Assembly: GCA_024696885.1 (NCBI GenBank)
Contig: JAILGI010000003.1
Span: forward strand, 8,897 to 72,896
DNA from: Bacilli bacterium
Lineage (GTDB): Bacteria; Bacillota_I; Bacilli_A; RFN20; CAG-826
Length of the DNA: 64,000 bases
Direction of reading: 5' to 3'
The translations under genes and the position numbers were made by a program. The notes beneath the pieces are model-generated. The model was not told the DNA's origin, did no database searches, and saw only the letters and a program-made list of their open reading frames with translations. Shown piece after piece: positions 49,004 through 58,787 of the stretch (position 1 is the stretch's first letter; every line of letters starts with the position of its first letter).

Positions 49004-50541
49004 TATTGGAAAGTATCCTCCTCTTTGTAAGATTTACTATTGCGGTACGCAATAAGTGTGATTGTCGCTGTGATGATGAAGGTAAGAATACCGACAACAG
49101 CACCGGTGTTATATTCACCGTTATCGATGGTTAATTTATATAACCATGTAACGAGTAAGTCTGTTTCACCAGCGACGTATGTTCCACCGACGACGGATGG
49201 ACCACCACCGGTCAACAAGAAGATCGTATTGAAGGAGTTGATATTTCCGACGAAGGAAGAAATCAAATATGGCATTGTGACGAAGAAAACATATGGGAAT
49301 GTAATCTTGAATAACATCTTAATTGGAGATGTTCCATCGACTCTTGCGGCTTCGTATAAGTCGGTTGGAATGTTCATCAAAATACCGGATGTCATTAACA
49401 TAGTGTATGGAACACCGAGCCACATGTTAATGATAATAACCATGACTTTGGCGAGATATGGATTATCACCAACCGTATTGTTTCCTAAGAAACCGATTGG
49501 CTTAGATATCCAGCCAAAGTTCATTAAGATTTGGTTAACAGGACCATTACCGTTCAATAAGTTTCTCATCGCTAAGAGGGAAATAAATTGAGGAATAGCA
49601 ATGGTTAAAATGAAGATGGTTCTAAAAACCTTTTTAAATTGTAAACCTTTTTTATTAATTAATAAGGCGAGTAAAATACCACCGAAATAACAGGTTGTTG
49701 TGGCGAAGAATGCCCAGATGAATGTCCAGCCTAAGACTGGGAAGAATCTGGCGCCAATTTCATGACCTAAGGTTGTTTTACCTTTGAATAAGTCAATGAA
49801 GTTTGTGAGTCCATTCCAGTGGAATAAGTTCTTCATATATGGTTCGGTCGCATCGTTCATATCAACAATGTTGTATGTTGAGAAAGCCATACTAATCATG
49901 AAGATGGTTGGAATGACTGTGAAGACCAACGCGGCGATACATGTTGGGGTGAGCATCAAAATATGGAATCTGGAGTCTAATAAGTTGCCCCAGTCTTCTT
50001 TAAATGATGTTGGTTTCTTACCGGATTTTTCATCTTGGTCAGCTTTATAAGAGCTGGCAATGTTTACTAAGTAAACAATGATGAATAAGATGATAATAGC
50101 GATTGTCACTAATCCGAAGAGTAAGAACAAGGTGGAATCGTCTGCTTCGATTAAACGACCCATGTCGTCATAACCGCCAGGATTTCCTTTAAGTGCTAAG
50201 TTTCCAAGAGCTTTCCATCCATATGGTGTGCCGTTAACCGTTGGACACATGACCATAAAGAGGATAAACAAGACTTGTAAGATTAGAAAGATAGCGCCTT
50301 TGATGTATTGTTTGTGATAAAAACTACCAGCGCCCATGATGAAGTGGGACAATTTTGTACCGATAGAGCCATCAGCGAATCTCTTGCCGAAATTGACAAA
50401 GAAATTCTTGAAACCACTACCTAGCTTCTTGAAGAAATTCACGAAGCCATGTCCGAAATCTTTCCAAAATTGGACGAATCCACGGCCAAATCTTTGAAAG
50501 ATATTTGGTTTCTTTTCGCTGGCATTAATAGAATTATCCAT
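49003..50541 (-). CDS. Maltodextrin/sugar ABC transporter permease (MalF/MdxF-like) with an N-terminal repeat extension
   Basis: EAARVDGTSPIKMLFKITFP EAA loop. The N-terminal ~50 aa carry four GxGFxxFxKxFG-like repeats. Confidence 0.88.
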   Translation of the reverse strand: MDNSINASEKKPNIFQRFGRGFVQFWKDFGHGFVNFFKKLGSGFKNFFVNFGKRFADGSIGTKLSHFIMGAGSFYHKQYIKGAIFLILQVLFILFMVMCPTVNGTPYGWKALGNLALKGNPGGYDDMGRLIEADDSTLFLLFGLVTIAIIILFIIVYLVNIASSYKADQDEKSGKKPTSFKEDWGNLLDSRFHILMLTPTCIAALVFTVIPTIFMISMAFSTYNIVDMNDATEPYMKNLFHWNGLTNFIDLFKGKTTLGHEIGARFFPVLGWTFIWAFFATTTCYFGGILLALLINKKGLQFKKVFRTIFILTIAIPQFISLLAMRNLLNGNGPVNQILMNFGWISKPIGFLGNNTVGDNPYLAKVMVIIINMWLGVPYTMLMTSGILMNIPTDLYEAARVDGTSPIKMLFKITFPYVFFVTMPYLISSFVGNINSFNTIFLLTGGGPSVVGGTYVAGETDLLVTWLYKLTIDNGEYNTGAVVGILTFIITATITLIAYRNSKSYKEEDTFQ

Positions 50542-50604
50542 ACATCTACTCCTTTCGCTTAAATTTTTAATCGTAAATTACATTTAATTTAATTCGAAAT
50601 AATA

Positions 50605-51987
50605 TTAGTCAATATCCGCTGGTAATGAGCCAGGAATTTCTTCTGGTTCAGCACCTTTTTGCCAGATGTATTGCATCTTGTATAAGACTTGGCGAGCAGA
50701 ATCTTCGATTGTGCCGGCGATGAAGTTCTTATAAATATCTGGTGCTTGTTTTTGATAATAACGGGTATTGAGTTTTCCTGTAACGAATGGTTGAGGAATG
50801 CTATAGCTGAACATTTGGTTTTGTGCTTTTGCTAATTCGAGTGATAATGCATTGATTTCACCTGGATGAGCAGTATTGTATTCTTCTAAAGCTTCTAACG
50901 CACCATTGAAGGCAGGAACGTTATTACATTTAACGAAGGATTGGACTTGAACGTCTTTGCTACATAATTTAGCAATTAATTTTTGTTCGAAATCGAGTTT
51001 CTTTTCGCCTTTGGCGGCGTTGATGAGCATAACTTTACAATCAGCGAAGGATCCACCTTGCATAACTGTATTTGGACTCATTGTTGTGCCAGAAACATCA
51101 GCACTTGTTAATGTGTAGGTTGGGATTTTAGTGATACCAACATTGGATTCACCGATAGCAGCGGAGAAGGCTTTATAATGCCATGCACCACCGATAACGC
51201 TTAATGCGTTGCCGTTTTTAACTTCAACAGCCCAGCCGGAGTCGGATGGTAATAAACCACCGGTGGATTCATTGAAGACACGTTTTGCCCATTGTAATGA
51301 AGCGACTTCGTCATCGCCTTGGGCGTAACAGTTATCAACATCAAAGTCTTCGTAAAGTCTTAATGTTGTGGAGTTATCGCTAGCTTTTCTAGCTAATAAG
51401 TTGAAGGAATAGTTGAAGCCATCGGTTCCCACAATTGTGAAGCCTTTTTTACCACCGGCTTGAGCGCCAGCTTGGGCTAAACCTTCGAATGTCTTAGCTT
51501 GATCAGCGGTAACATATTGCTTGTTGTAGTAAAGGAACAAAGCTTGGGAAATGAATGGACTTGCGAAGAAGTATTTTGTCTTGTTTGCGCCGACGGCAAC
51601 TTGACAAACGCTTTGGAATTCTTCACTATTATCAGCTTTAATTTGGTTGATTAACGCTTCATCAGTGAACGCAAGGGCCTTTCCTTTCTCGACGATTTTA
51701 CCGACATTGTCGTGAGCTGTAACAACAATGTCACCACAAGCAGAGGCATCAGATGTCATTTGACCACCGGTAGAACCAGTGTCGACACCGACAACTTTGA
51801 TCTTGTAGCTCTTACCACCAGCTTCTGCATATTCTTTCGCAAATTCTGTTGCGACGTCTTTGTAGAAGTCAGTAGATTCACTTCCAACCCATAAGGTAAC
51901 GGTATTACCGCTTCCACCACAGGCTGAAACTCCGCCGGCTAGCATTGCAGCTAGAAGAACAGCAGAGAAAATTGAACCTTTTTTCAT
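50605..51987 (-). CDS. ABC transporter substrate-binding lipoprotein (maltodextrin-binding, MalE/MdxE-like)
   Basis: Lipobox VSAC. Family 1 solute-binding fold. GC-rich, highly-expressed-type codon usage. Confidence 0.85.
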   Translation of the reverse strand: MKKGSIFSAVLLAAMLAGGVSACGGSGNTVTLWVGSESTDFYKDVATEFAKEYAEAGGKSYKIKVVGVDTGSTGGQMTSDASACGDIVVTAHDNVGKIVEKGKALAFTDEALINQIKADNSEEFQSVCQVAVGANKTKYFFASPFISQALFLYYNKQYVTADQAKTFEGLAQAGAQAGGKKGFTIVGTDGFNYSFNLLARKASDNSTTLRLYEDFDVDNCYAQGDDEVASLQWAKRVFNESTGGLLPSDSGWAVEVKNGNALSVIGGAWHYKAFSAAIGESNVGITKIPTYTLTSADVSGTTMSPNTVMQGGSFADCKVMLINAAKGEKKLDFEQKLIAKLCSKDVQVQSFVKCNNVPAFNGALEALEEYNTAHPGEINALSLELAKAQNQMFSYSIPQPFVTGKLNTRYYQKQAPDIYKNFIAGTIEDSARQVLYKMQYIWQKGAEPEEIPGSLPADID

Positions 51988-52057
51988 AAAATTATCTCCT
52001 ATAGTGTCCGTAAGGACTTGTTCAAGAAAATTATATATTTATATATGTGCTTTCGCA

Positions 52058-52090
52058 ATAAAAAACGCGCATTAATTTCGCGCATTTTTC
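52058..52090 (-). terminator. Intrinsic terminator after the RDD-family gene
   Basis: AAAAAACGCGC-ATTAATTT-CGCGCATTTTT. Imperfect stem flanked by A and T tracts. Confidence 0.6.
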
Positions 52091-52110
52091 AACCTCATTT
52101 TTAAGATAGG

Positions 52111-52890
52111 TTAATCTTCGATTTCCACCATTGGTGAATAGGTGCGTTTATCGATGAGTTTGGTACGAGTAACAAAGTCATGGAAGCAGCGACCATTGTG
52201 GTTGATCGAAGCCACAAGAAGGAAGATTAAAGGAACGACAAAGAAGGTATAAAGTTCAAAGAATAAGAATGGCAAAGCAAATTCAAAAATATAGATAAAG
52301 AAATAGCGTAACACTACGTGATACCAATGAGCGTAGCTTTCAAAACGCAAGGAAAATAGGCCTTGTTCAGAGAATAAACCGCCAATTGACACTCTTCTTT
52401 TATTGAATAAAGGAACGACCATCAAAAACGTACATGTGGAAATAAAGCCCGCAAGAGCGCTTATGCCATAGACAATCACGCGACTATCAAAGTATAAAGT
52501 TTGATATCTTTTATCGTTATTTAAATAGGTTACGAGCTTCTCTTTTTCCACATCTGAAGGGTTGTCTTTTTTCACCACGACATACTTTGTTTCGTCTTCA
52601 TCAGTGTACACAATGTAGGTTGAATATTGATTTTCGTTTTCTTCGGTTAAGACGACTTTTTCACCATATCCACTTTCTAAATAATAACCATCGCGAATCT
52701 CACTCATTTCTGTTTCGTTGCGGTTATAGTAATACGCCATAGAGGAACGCATAAATAAATTCATGAGTCCCCAGTAAACAAGGAAGATAATACAGACGTC
52801 AATTAAGCCGCCAGCGAGGCGTTGCATAAACAAAGGTTTCGCGTTTTTACCCCTTTCTTCTTTAATGTTTTCCGCTATTTTTTCTTCCAT
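52111..52890 (-). CDS. RDD-family membrane protein
   Basis: R..D..D-containing N-terminal TM pair (RLAGGLIDVCIIFLVYWGL) with further TM helices. Confidence 0.65.
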   Translation of the reverse strand: MEEKIAENIKEERGKNAKPLFMQRLAGGLIDVCIIFLVYWGLMNLFMRSSMAYYYNRNETEMSEIRDGYYLESGYGEKVVLTEENENQYSTYIVYTDEDETKYVVVKKDNPSDVEKEKLVTYLNNDKRYQTLYFDSRVIVYGISALAGFISTCTFLMVVPLFNKRRVSIGGLFSEQGLFSLRFESYAHWYHVVLRYFFIYIFEFALPFLFFELYTFFVVPLIFLLVASINHNGRCFHDFVTRTKLIDKRTYSPMVEIED

Positions 52891-52911
52891 AGTATTTCTA
52901 TTTTATAACTA

Positions 52912-52945
52912 ATTTAGCAATAAAAAAAGAGGGAATAATCCCTCT
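52912..52945 (-). terminator. Intrinsic terminator after msmX
   Basis: AAAAAAAG-AGGGAATAATCCCT-CTTTCATTTT. Confidence 0.8.
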
Positions 52946-52969
52946 TTCATTTTATGTTTTAAAGTTTGA

Positions 52970-54850
52970 TTAGCAAATACGCATATCAATTTCGATTTGA
53001 TAAACTTCGATGTTTTCACCTTTGACAAGGAATTGAAGTTCTTTTTGATCGAAATCTTTTGCTACTTCATAGAGTATGCGTTGACCATTGACATCTAAGA
53101 CGGCGAATTTAACATTGCCATAATCTAAGGTATCAACGACGTTAGCGTGGATGCCACCTTCTTCAACGACTTCAATGTTACTACGTAAGAATCCATAACG
53201 ATATTGTTTCTTGTAGCAAGCATTGCCTTCGACGGAGTTGATCTTGTAACCATTGGCTTGTGGGCCTTCAATGGCGACACCATCGATGACATAGTCGAAG
53301 TGTAAGACTCTTTCACCGTGTTCTTTGAGTTCACGTTTGGCAAATGTACCTAATAATGCTTCGTGATCTCCAATTGGTTCGAGGACGGACTTGCCTTCCA
53401 CTAAGACACGGATTTGATCATTCAATAAATTGAATGAATATTTGGAACCGGCCTTAACTTTATCATCAACAAGGGCGAATAAATATCTATCACCAACTGT
53501 TAATAAGGCTAAGCGTTTGCCTTCGATTTCTTGGACTTCTTTCACTGACAATGTGAAGTCTTTTCCTGGCACGATAGCGTGTGGAGGAATTTCTAATGCG
53601 AAGTTATTGACACCTTCTAAGACACGATTGAGGGCATCTGGGATGTCAACTTTGGAACCAAAGATGTCCATCTTTTCGCCAGCTTTCTTGGCTTCGAATA
53701 AAGAGAATGCTGGGATTGGGGACATTAATGTAATTTCAGTTTCGCTGTCGAAGAAATGAATCTTTTCTTCATTTAATAAGAGGTTAATTGTATCACCTGC
53801 ATTAACTGGTGTACCTTCAATGGTTTTGACGATGATATTCTTGCCTTCATCCTTCATGGTGAATTCTTCACTACTTTGTCCGATTTCACCGTAGACGATG
53901 CATTCATTACCTAAGTGTTCAACTGTGTTGACTTGGCACTTTAAGCCAGTGGCTTTTTCAGAGATTGAGATGTGTTCTGGACGGATACCTAAGATGACTT
54001 TGACACCACCATGGAGGTAGGAATCGTGAATTTTACAAACTCTTTCATATGGTAAGTTAATCTTGGAACCATCTTTGAATTCGACTTCCACTAAATCACC
54101 TTTACGATTTAATGTGACATCAAAGAAGTTCATTTGTGGGGAACCGATGAATCCAGCGACGAATTTATTATATGGTTTATTATATAAATTCATTGGGGTA
54201 TCGATTTGTTGGACATAACCGAGTTTCATAACAACGATTCTGGTACCCATAGTCATAGCTTCGACTTGGTCGTGGGTAACGTAGATGAATGTTGTTGCTA
54301 ATTTCTTATGTAACTTTGTGATCTCCGTTCTCATTGCGGCACGGAGTTTCGCGTCTAAGTTAGATAATGGTTCATCTAATAAGAAGACCTTTGGATTACG
54401 AACTAATGCTCTACCTAAAGCGACACGTTGTCTTTGACCACCGGACATAGCCTTTGGTTTTCTATCGAGATACATTTCGATATCGAGAATCTTTGCAGCT
54501 TCGAGAACTTTTTGTCTGATCTCTTCTTCTGGCATCTTTCTATTTCTTAATCCGAACGCCATATTTTCATAGACGGTCATATGTGGATAAAGAGCATAGT
54601 TTTGGAACACCATGGCGATATCTCTATCTTTTGGTTCTAATTCGTTAACTAATGTGTCACCGATGAATAAGTCACCAGCGGTGATGGTTTCCAAACCAGC
54701 AACCATTCTGAGGGTTGTGGATTTACCACATCCAGATGGACCGACGAAGACGATGAACTCTTTGTCTTGAATGTCAATGTTAAAATCATTAACAGCTTTA
54801 TGTCCATTGTCATAAACCTTGTAAATGTGGCTCAATTTTAAACTAGCCAT
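52970..54850 (-). CDS. msmX: Sugar ABC transporter ATP-binding protein (MsmX/MalK-like) with a ~250-aa extra C-terminal region
   Basis: Walker [20 protein letters not shown] signature, Walker [11 protein letters not shown], and a MalK-type regulatory domain up to ~aa 370. Then an additional ~250 aa with two further beta-barrel-like repeats. Confidence 0.88.
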   Translation of the reverse strand: MASLKLSHIYKVYDNGHKAVNDFNIDIQDKEFIVFVGPSGCGKSTTLRMVAGLETITAGDLFIGDTLVNELEPKDRDIAMVFQNYALYPHMTVYENMAFGLRNRKMPEEEIRQKVLEAAKILDIEMYLDRKPKAMSGGQRQRVALGRALVRNPKVFLLDEPLSNLDAKLRAAMRTEITKLHKKLATTFIYVTHDQVEAMTMGTRIVVMKLGYVQQIDTPMNLYNKPYNKFVAGFIGSPQMNFFDVTLNRKGDLVEVEFKDGSKINLPYERVCKIHDSYLHGGVKVILGIRPEHISISEKATGLKCQVNTVEHLGNECIVYGEIGQSSEEFTMKDEGKNIIVKTIEGTPVNAGDTINLLLNEEKIHFFDSETEITLMSPIPAFSLFEAKKAGEKMDIFGSKVDIPDALNRVLEGVNNFALEIPPHAIVPGKDFTLSVKEVQEIEGKRLALLTVGDRYLFALVDDKVKAGSKYSFNLLNDQIRVLVEGKSVLEPIGDHEALLGTFAKRELKEHGERVLHFDYVIDGVAIEGPQANGYKINSVEGNACYKKQYRYGFLRSNIEVVEEGGIHANVVDTLDYGNVKFAVLDVNGQRILYEVAKDFDQKELQFLVKGENIEVYQIEIDMRIC

Positions 54851-54956
54851 AAATAGCCTCCTGAGACATAATATTTTGTTATATTATTTTGCTAATTATA
54901 ATTTTAACGTTTTTTTGAAGAAAATAAACTATATTTTTTTATTTCTTTATTATTTA

Positions 54957-55391
54957 CTAATAACCTTTGGTTTTTCCCTTCACTTTTTTGGGTATTACAC
55001 CATGTCTTTCTAGGGCGATTACAACGCGATCCGCACCGACGACTTGAGAAGGGAAAGACGCTATTTTCTTATTTAGATAATAAATATAATAGATGCCTTC
55101 ACATATCTCAAAACGCTCTATTTTCTCAATTTTGACCTTTTTGGTCCAGAAGACGATGTGGTTAATAAACACGTCTTCTTTCACTTCCACATAATGGAAT
55201 AATTGGTCGATAATCGTTATTAAAGCGATTAAAGAAAACATCGGGCAGAAAATATAAACGAGCACTCTAAAGACTAATAGTTCTTCGATGAATAGAAACC
55301 ATATAAAAGCGGGTGTACAAATCAAAAAACCAATTAAACAGAAAATAACTAGTCCCTTCACGGGGTATGTTCTGATGTTGTTTTTACTCAT
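54957..55391 (-). CDS. Small membrane protein (2 TM helices + soluble C-terminal domain), unknown function
   Basis: 144 aa. Its start lies 3 nt after the alpha-amylase stop, consistent with translational coupling. Confidence 0.5.
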   Translation of the reverse strand: MSKNNIRTYPVKGLVIFCLIGFLICTPAFIWFLFIEELLVFRVLVYIFCPMFSLIALITIIDQLFHYVEVKEDVFINHIVFWTKKVKIEKIERFEICEGIYYIYYLNKKIASFPSQVVGADRVVIALERHGVIPKKVKGKTKGY

Positions 55392-55394
55392 ATT

Positions 55395-57590
55395 TTAGAA
55401 ATCAGATGCATCGTAGAAACCAGCTTGTAAGGTCGCACCTTTAATGTCACCAGTTTGTTTTAAACAGTGGCTATCCCAAACATTTGGATTAGAAATAGTA
55501 TAACCCTTCGGGAAGATAGCGAATAAGAAACCAACAGTAATGTTTGTGGTATCCACTAAGACGACATCATCTTGGACTGTGTAATCTTTGCTCCACTTTC
55601 CTGGATTCCAACTCCACATATATAATTCATAATCTGTGAAATATGCTGGGTTAATGTTAACTACGTTAAAGTAACCAGGAATTAATTCAATTTTGCTATA
55701 GACGTATTCACGGTCCACAACTTTATCACCATTTGCGAGGTGAATCGCTAAGGTGACTTGATTATTATCATCGACAACATCACCAATTGTGATTTTGCTA
55801 TTGTTTGTTAATGCTTGAGGAGCGCTTCCATTAATGGAATATGTCGCTTCTAAGGCGTGTTTATAGGAAACTTGAATATCTAAGCTACCAGCGAAACTTC
55901 CACCTCTAGAGGAGATGTCTAAGCGTGGTAATAAATCATTTTTACTCTTGGTTAAGACGATGATGCCGTCTTCACCACTATCAGCGGTTAAATAACCATC
56001 GACAACTTTCACTTCACTACCATCTACTTGGTTATAGTAGATACCACTTGCGAATTTATCTAATTTAACGGAAACCATGGAGCTATTCTTATCGTAATTA
56101 ACGATAACGGCGCCAACGGTGTTACCATCTTGTTTTTGGTTAATAAAGGTCTTGCCTTGGCTAGACATATTGTCATTTACATGGACAAAGCGATTATGGA
56201 AATGATTGAGGGCGGCGACGCCTTCATCTTCAAAGGTATAATCAGCGACTTTGCCAACGGCAAAGGCATCATCTGGACGGGCGAGGAATAATGGTCTAGA
56301 TTCACTTCTAGAAGCCAAAACAGCGTAGTTTTTCATTAATCTTTGCTTTGTTTGATGGCTCTTATCAGTGGTATATGTGTCATGACTTTCCGCCCAAGTG
56401 ACGATATTAGCGGCGTCAGTATCTTTGGTGTAATTAGCTTCGGCGACTTTATTCGCGCTTAAGGTATTGATTTTACCGATATAGCCGTCATCTGTGACCG
56501 CCATATACTTTGTATAAGCTTCAATTTTACGGTTACCGCCAGGTTCACCTAAAACTTCACCATACGCGAATAAATCCTTATTATTTTTATTTTTATAATA
56601 TGTTTTCGCGGCCATTAAGGTATTGACCCAGAAATCACTTGGATAATCAGGATCATCTGGCGTTTCAATATGTTTTGCCGCGTCAAATCTAAATCCATCA
56701 ATACCGATATCAATACATTCTTTTAATAAAGCTAAACTTCTTTCTTGTACGTATTCGTTTCCGGTATTTAAATCGGGGAGCGCGCCATAGGCATAATATT
56801 GAGTAATCGCGCCACTACCACTGGCATTCTTATTGTGATGGAATGTGGGGTTAGAGGCATCATTACGATGTTCATAAATATAAGGTTCAAAATTTTTAAC
56901 TTCCGGGGAAACAACAGGTGTTCCATCGCTTTCTAAAGTATCATCATTAACATTCGCAAGGTGATTAAAGACGATATCAGCGATGACGTTAACTCCTAAT
57001 TCGTGGGCACGTGTACATAAATCAATTAAGTCTTGTTTAGTACCTAAACCGGAATTATTAGCGACGGTAAAGCTCACTGGTTGATAATAACTCCACCAGG
57101 AAGAACCGCCACCTTTTGGTTCTTGGACAGGAGATGTTTGAACACTCTTAAATCCCGCTGCGGCGATTGATTCTAAATTATTGGTAATATCTTTAAATTT
57201 CCAACAGAAGGCATGGAATATAGCACCTTCAGACATCTTTTCGGGTAAGACATCTTCATATCCATCGGGATCTTCGCTTAATCCAGAAAGGGATTTAGAA
57301 GCAAATTGAGCGGTATATACCATATCTTTCTTCACTTCTACTACTTCGGGATCCCAACCAGTATGGTAATAAAGATTAGAGGCATCGCTATTTTTGACAG
57401 GAGTAGCGCCATCATAAGATGGCATAGCGCCTTTTTTCACTTCATTATCTGTCTCTAAAACAGTGCCGTCATAGTTTTTCCATGTGATGGTAAATGTGGA
57501 TTTGGAGTTATTTTGACAACCACTTATCAATGGTAAAAGAATAAAGAGGCCACCAAAACCAATTAGATTGCGTTTTTTCATAATTTTCAC
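55395..57590 (-). CDS. Extracellular lipoprotein alpha-amylase (GH13) with C-terminal accessory domains
   Basis: Lipobox LISGC. GH13 regions DIVFNH, GFRFDAAKH and a catalytic E/D. Confidence 0.88.
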   Translation of the reverse strand: MKIMKKRNLIGFGGLFILLPLISGCQNNSKSTFTITWKNYDGTVLETDNEVKKGAMPSYDGATPVKNSDASNLYYHTGWDPEVVEVKKDMVYTAQFASKSLSGLSEDPDGYEDVLPEKMSEGAIFHAFCWKFKDITNNLESIAAAGFKSVQTSPVQEPKGGGSSWWSYYQPVSFTVANNSGLGTKQDLIDLCTRAHELGVNVIADIVFNHLANVNDDTLESDGTPVVSPEVKNFEPYIYEHRNDASNPTFHHNKNASGSGAITQYYAYGALPDLNTGNEYVQERSLALLKECIDIGIDGFRFDAAKHIETPDDPDYPSDFWVNTLMAAKTYYKNKNNKDLFAYGEVLGEPGGNRKIEAYTKYMAVTDDGYIGKINTLSANKVAEANYTKDTDAANIVTWAESHDTYTTDKSHQTKQRLMKNYAVLASRSESRPLFLARPDDAFAVGKVADYTFEDEGVAALNHFHNRFVHVNDNMSSQGKTFINQKQDGNTVGAVIVNYDKNSSMVSVKLDKFASGIYYNQVDGSEVKVVDGYLTADSGEDGIIVLTKSKNDLLPRLDISSRGGSFAGSLDIQVSYKHALEATYSINGSAPQALTNNSKITIGDVVDDNNQVTLAIHLANGDKVVDREYVYSKIELIPGYFNVVNINPAYFTDYELYMWSWNPGKWSKDYTVQDDVVLVDTTNITVGFLFAIFPKGYTISNPNVWDSHCLKQTGDIKGATLQAGFYDASDF

Positions 57591-57635
57591 CTTTAGTTTA
57601 TGATAGCATTTTTATCTTATTTAACACAATAAAAG

Positions 57636-57668
57636 CATAAAGAAAAGGAGAGGTCACCCTCTCCTTAT
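57636..57668 (-). terminator. Intrinsic terminator after the 315-aa lipoprotein gene
   Basis: AAGGAGAGGTCACCCTCTCCTT flanked by an A-tract (U-tract on the minus transcript). Confidence 0.8.
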
Positions 57669-57687
57669 TAAGCGTTAATAGACTTAA

Positions 57688-58635
57688 TTATTTAGCGGAA
57701 ATGTTAACTTTGCCTTCAACAACTTTGAGAACATATGTTCCGGCTGTGACGACTTTGAAGTTACCACCTTCGTCAGCGAATGAAGCGGCGGCTGTGGAAG
57801 CTGGATCTAAGGCAGCAAAGCCCATATCACCTGTCCAAGTACCATTACCTTCAGCATCAGCTTGGATAACTTTGAATTGATCATCAACGGCGAATGTATA
57901 TTCGAGTTGGTTGTTGTCTTTATCAAATTGAACAGCAGCGGCTGTGTCGTTGTTGTTCCAACTATTGATGGAACCGACTAAACGATAGTGATCGAAGACG
58001 AATTGTTTTTCGTATGCGATACCTTCTTTATCTTCGGTTTTGATTAAGGCCATTGCGTAGCCTGCGTCTTTAGCTGTGGATGTTCTAGTATATTTAGCAA
58101 CGACTAATGTGTAGACACCAGCACCACCTGTGACGACTGGGTTTTGATCCCATGCGAATCCATCAGCATCGGCATCTTCTTGCCATGTTGGGAAGAAGAC
58201 ATTGTCATTTAATGCTTCAGCGTGAGCTGTTTTTGGATCGGAGACCCATTGTTGTGCTTCATCAGCATCGACCCAAATGGCTTTGACTGTATAAGAAGCA
58301 TCGGCTTGGTAAACTTTACCATCTTTCTTGAAGTTGGCTTTCCAACCACCAGATTCAACACCATATGTTAAACCTTCTTTGATGTAGAGCCAGTCAAGTT
58401 TGTGTTTGGCTAATTTCTTAGCAACTGCTTTGTCGGCTTCGGCGACTTTAGCAACAGATGTTGCTTCCATGGCGTTTGCATCTGTGGCAGTCCAACCACC
58501 TGTAACGGCACCAGCATAGTGAACGGAATGTCCTTCTCCTGCGGATAAGACTTTGTCACTGAATTTTGTGCCACCACAAGCTGCGAGACCTGCGGCCATT
58601 AAGACGCCTAACGCAATTGAAAATAATTTTTTCAT
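57688..58635 (-). CDS. Lipoprotein of unknown function, aromatic (Trp-rich) and Ala/Asp/Gly-rich; candidate surface alpha-glucan-binding protein
   Basis: Lipobox LAAC. Monocistronic between its own promoter and terminator. GC-rich (~45%) codon usage like pnp and the binding-protein gene, suggesting high expression. Confidence 0.55.
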   Translation of the reverse strand: MKKLFSIALGVLMAAGLAACGGTKFSDKVLSAGEGHSVHYAGAVTGGWTATDANAMEATSVAKVAEADKAVAKKLAKHKLDWLYIKEGLTYGVESGGWKANFKKDGKVYQADASYTVKAIWVDADEAQQWVSDPKTAHAEALNDNVFFPTWQEDADADGFAWDQNPVVTGGAGVYTLVVAKYTRTSTAKDAGYAMALIKTEDKEGIAYEKQFVFDHYRLVGSINSWNNNDTAAAVQFDKDNNQLEYTFAVDDQFKVIQADAEGNGTWTGDMGFAALDPASTAAASFADEGGNFKVVTAGTYVLKVVEGKVNISAK

Positions 58636-58749
58636 TAAAAAGATTTCCTCCTAAAAAATTATCTTAACAAAATTACTATAATGTTATTCTTGAGTTTTGT
58701 CAAATTATTTTAATTATTACTTTGTAATAAGTAAATAAGCTTAAAAACA

Positions 58750-58780
58750 TAAGAAAAAGAGGTTTTTGAGGCCTCTTTTA
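58750..58780 (-). terminator. Intrinsic terminator after the 898-aa pullulanase gene
   Basis: AAAGAGG-TTTTTGAGG-CCTCTTT, followed on the minus transcript by UUUUCUU. Confidence 0.7.
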
Positions 58781-58787
58781 TTTCTTA

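Noticed and set aside
48858-49591. 86-aa minus-strand and 183-aa plus-strand ORFs across the malF/malG junction
   Set aside because: One is an alternate frame and the other antisense to the permease genes. The 183-aa product is a hydrophobic mirror of MalF.
51988-52057. Possible cre (catabolite-responsive element) in the promoter of the maltodextrin-binding protein (TGAACAAGTCCTTA)
   Set aside because: Poor match to the TGWAANCGNTNWCA consensus at the critical C/G positions.
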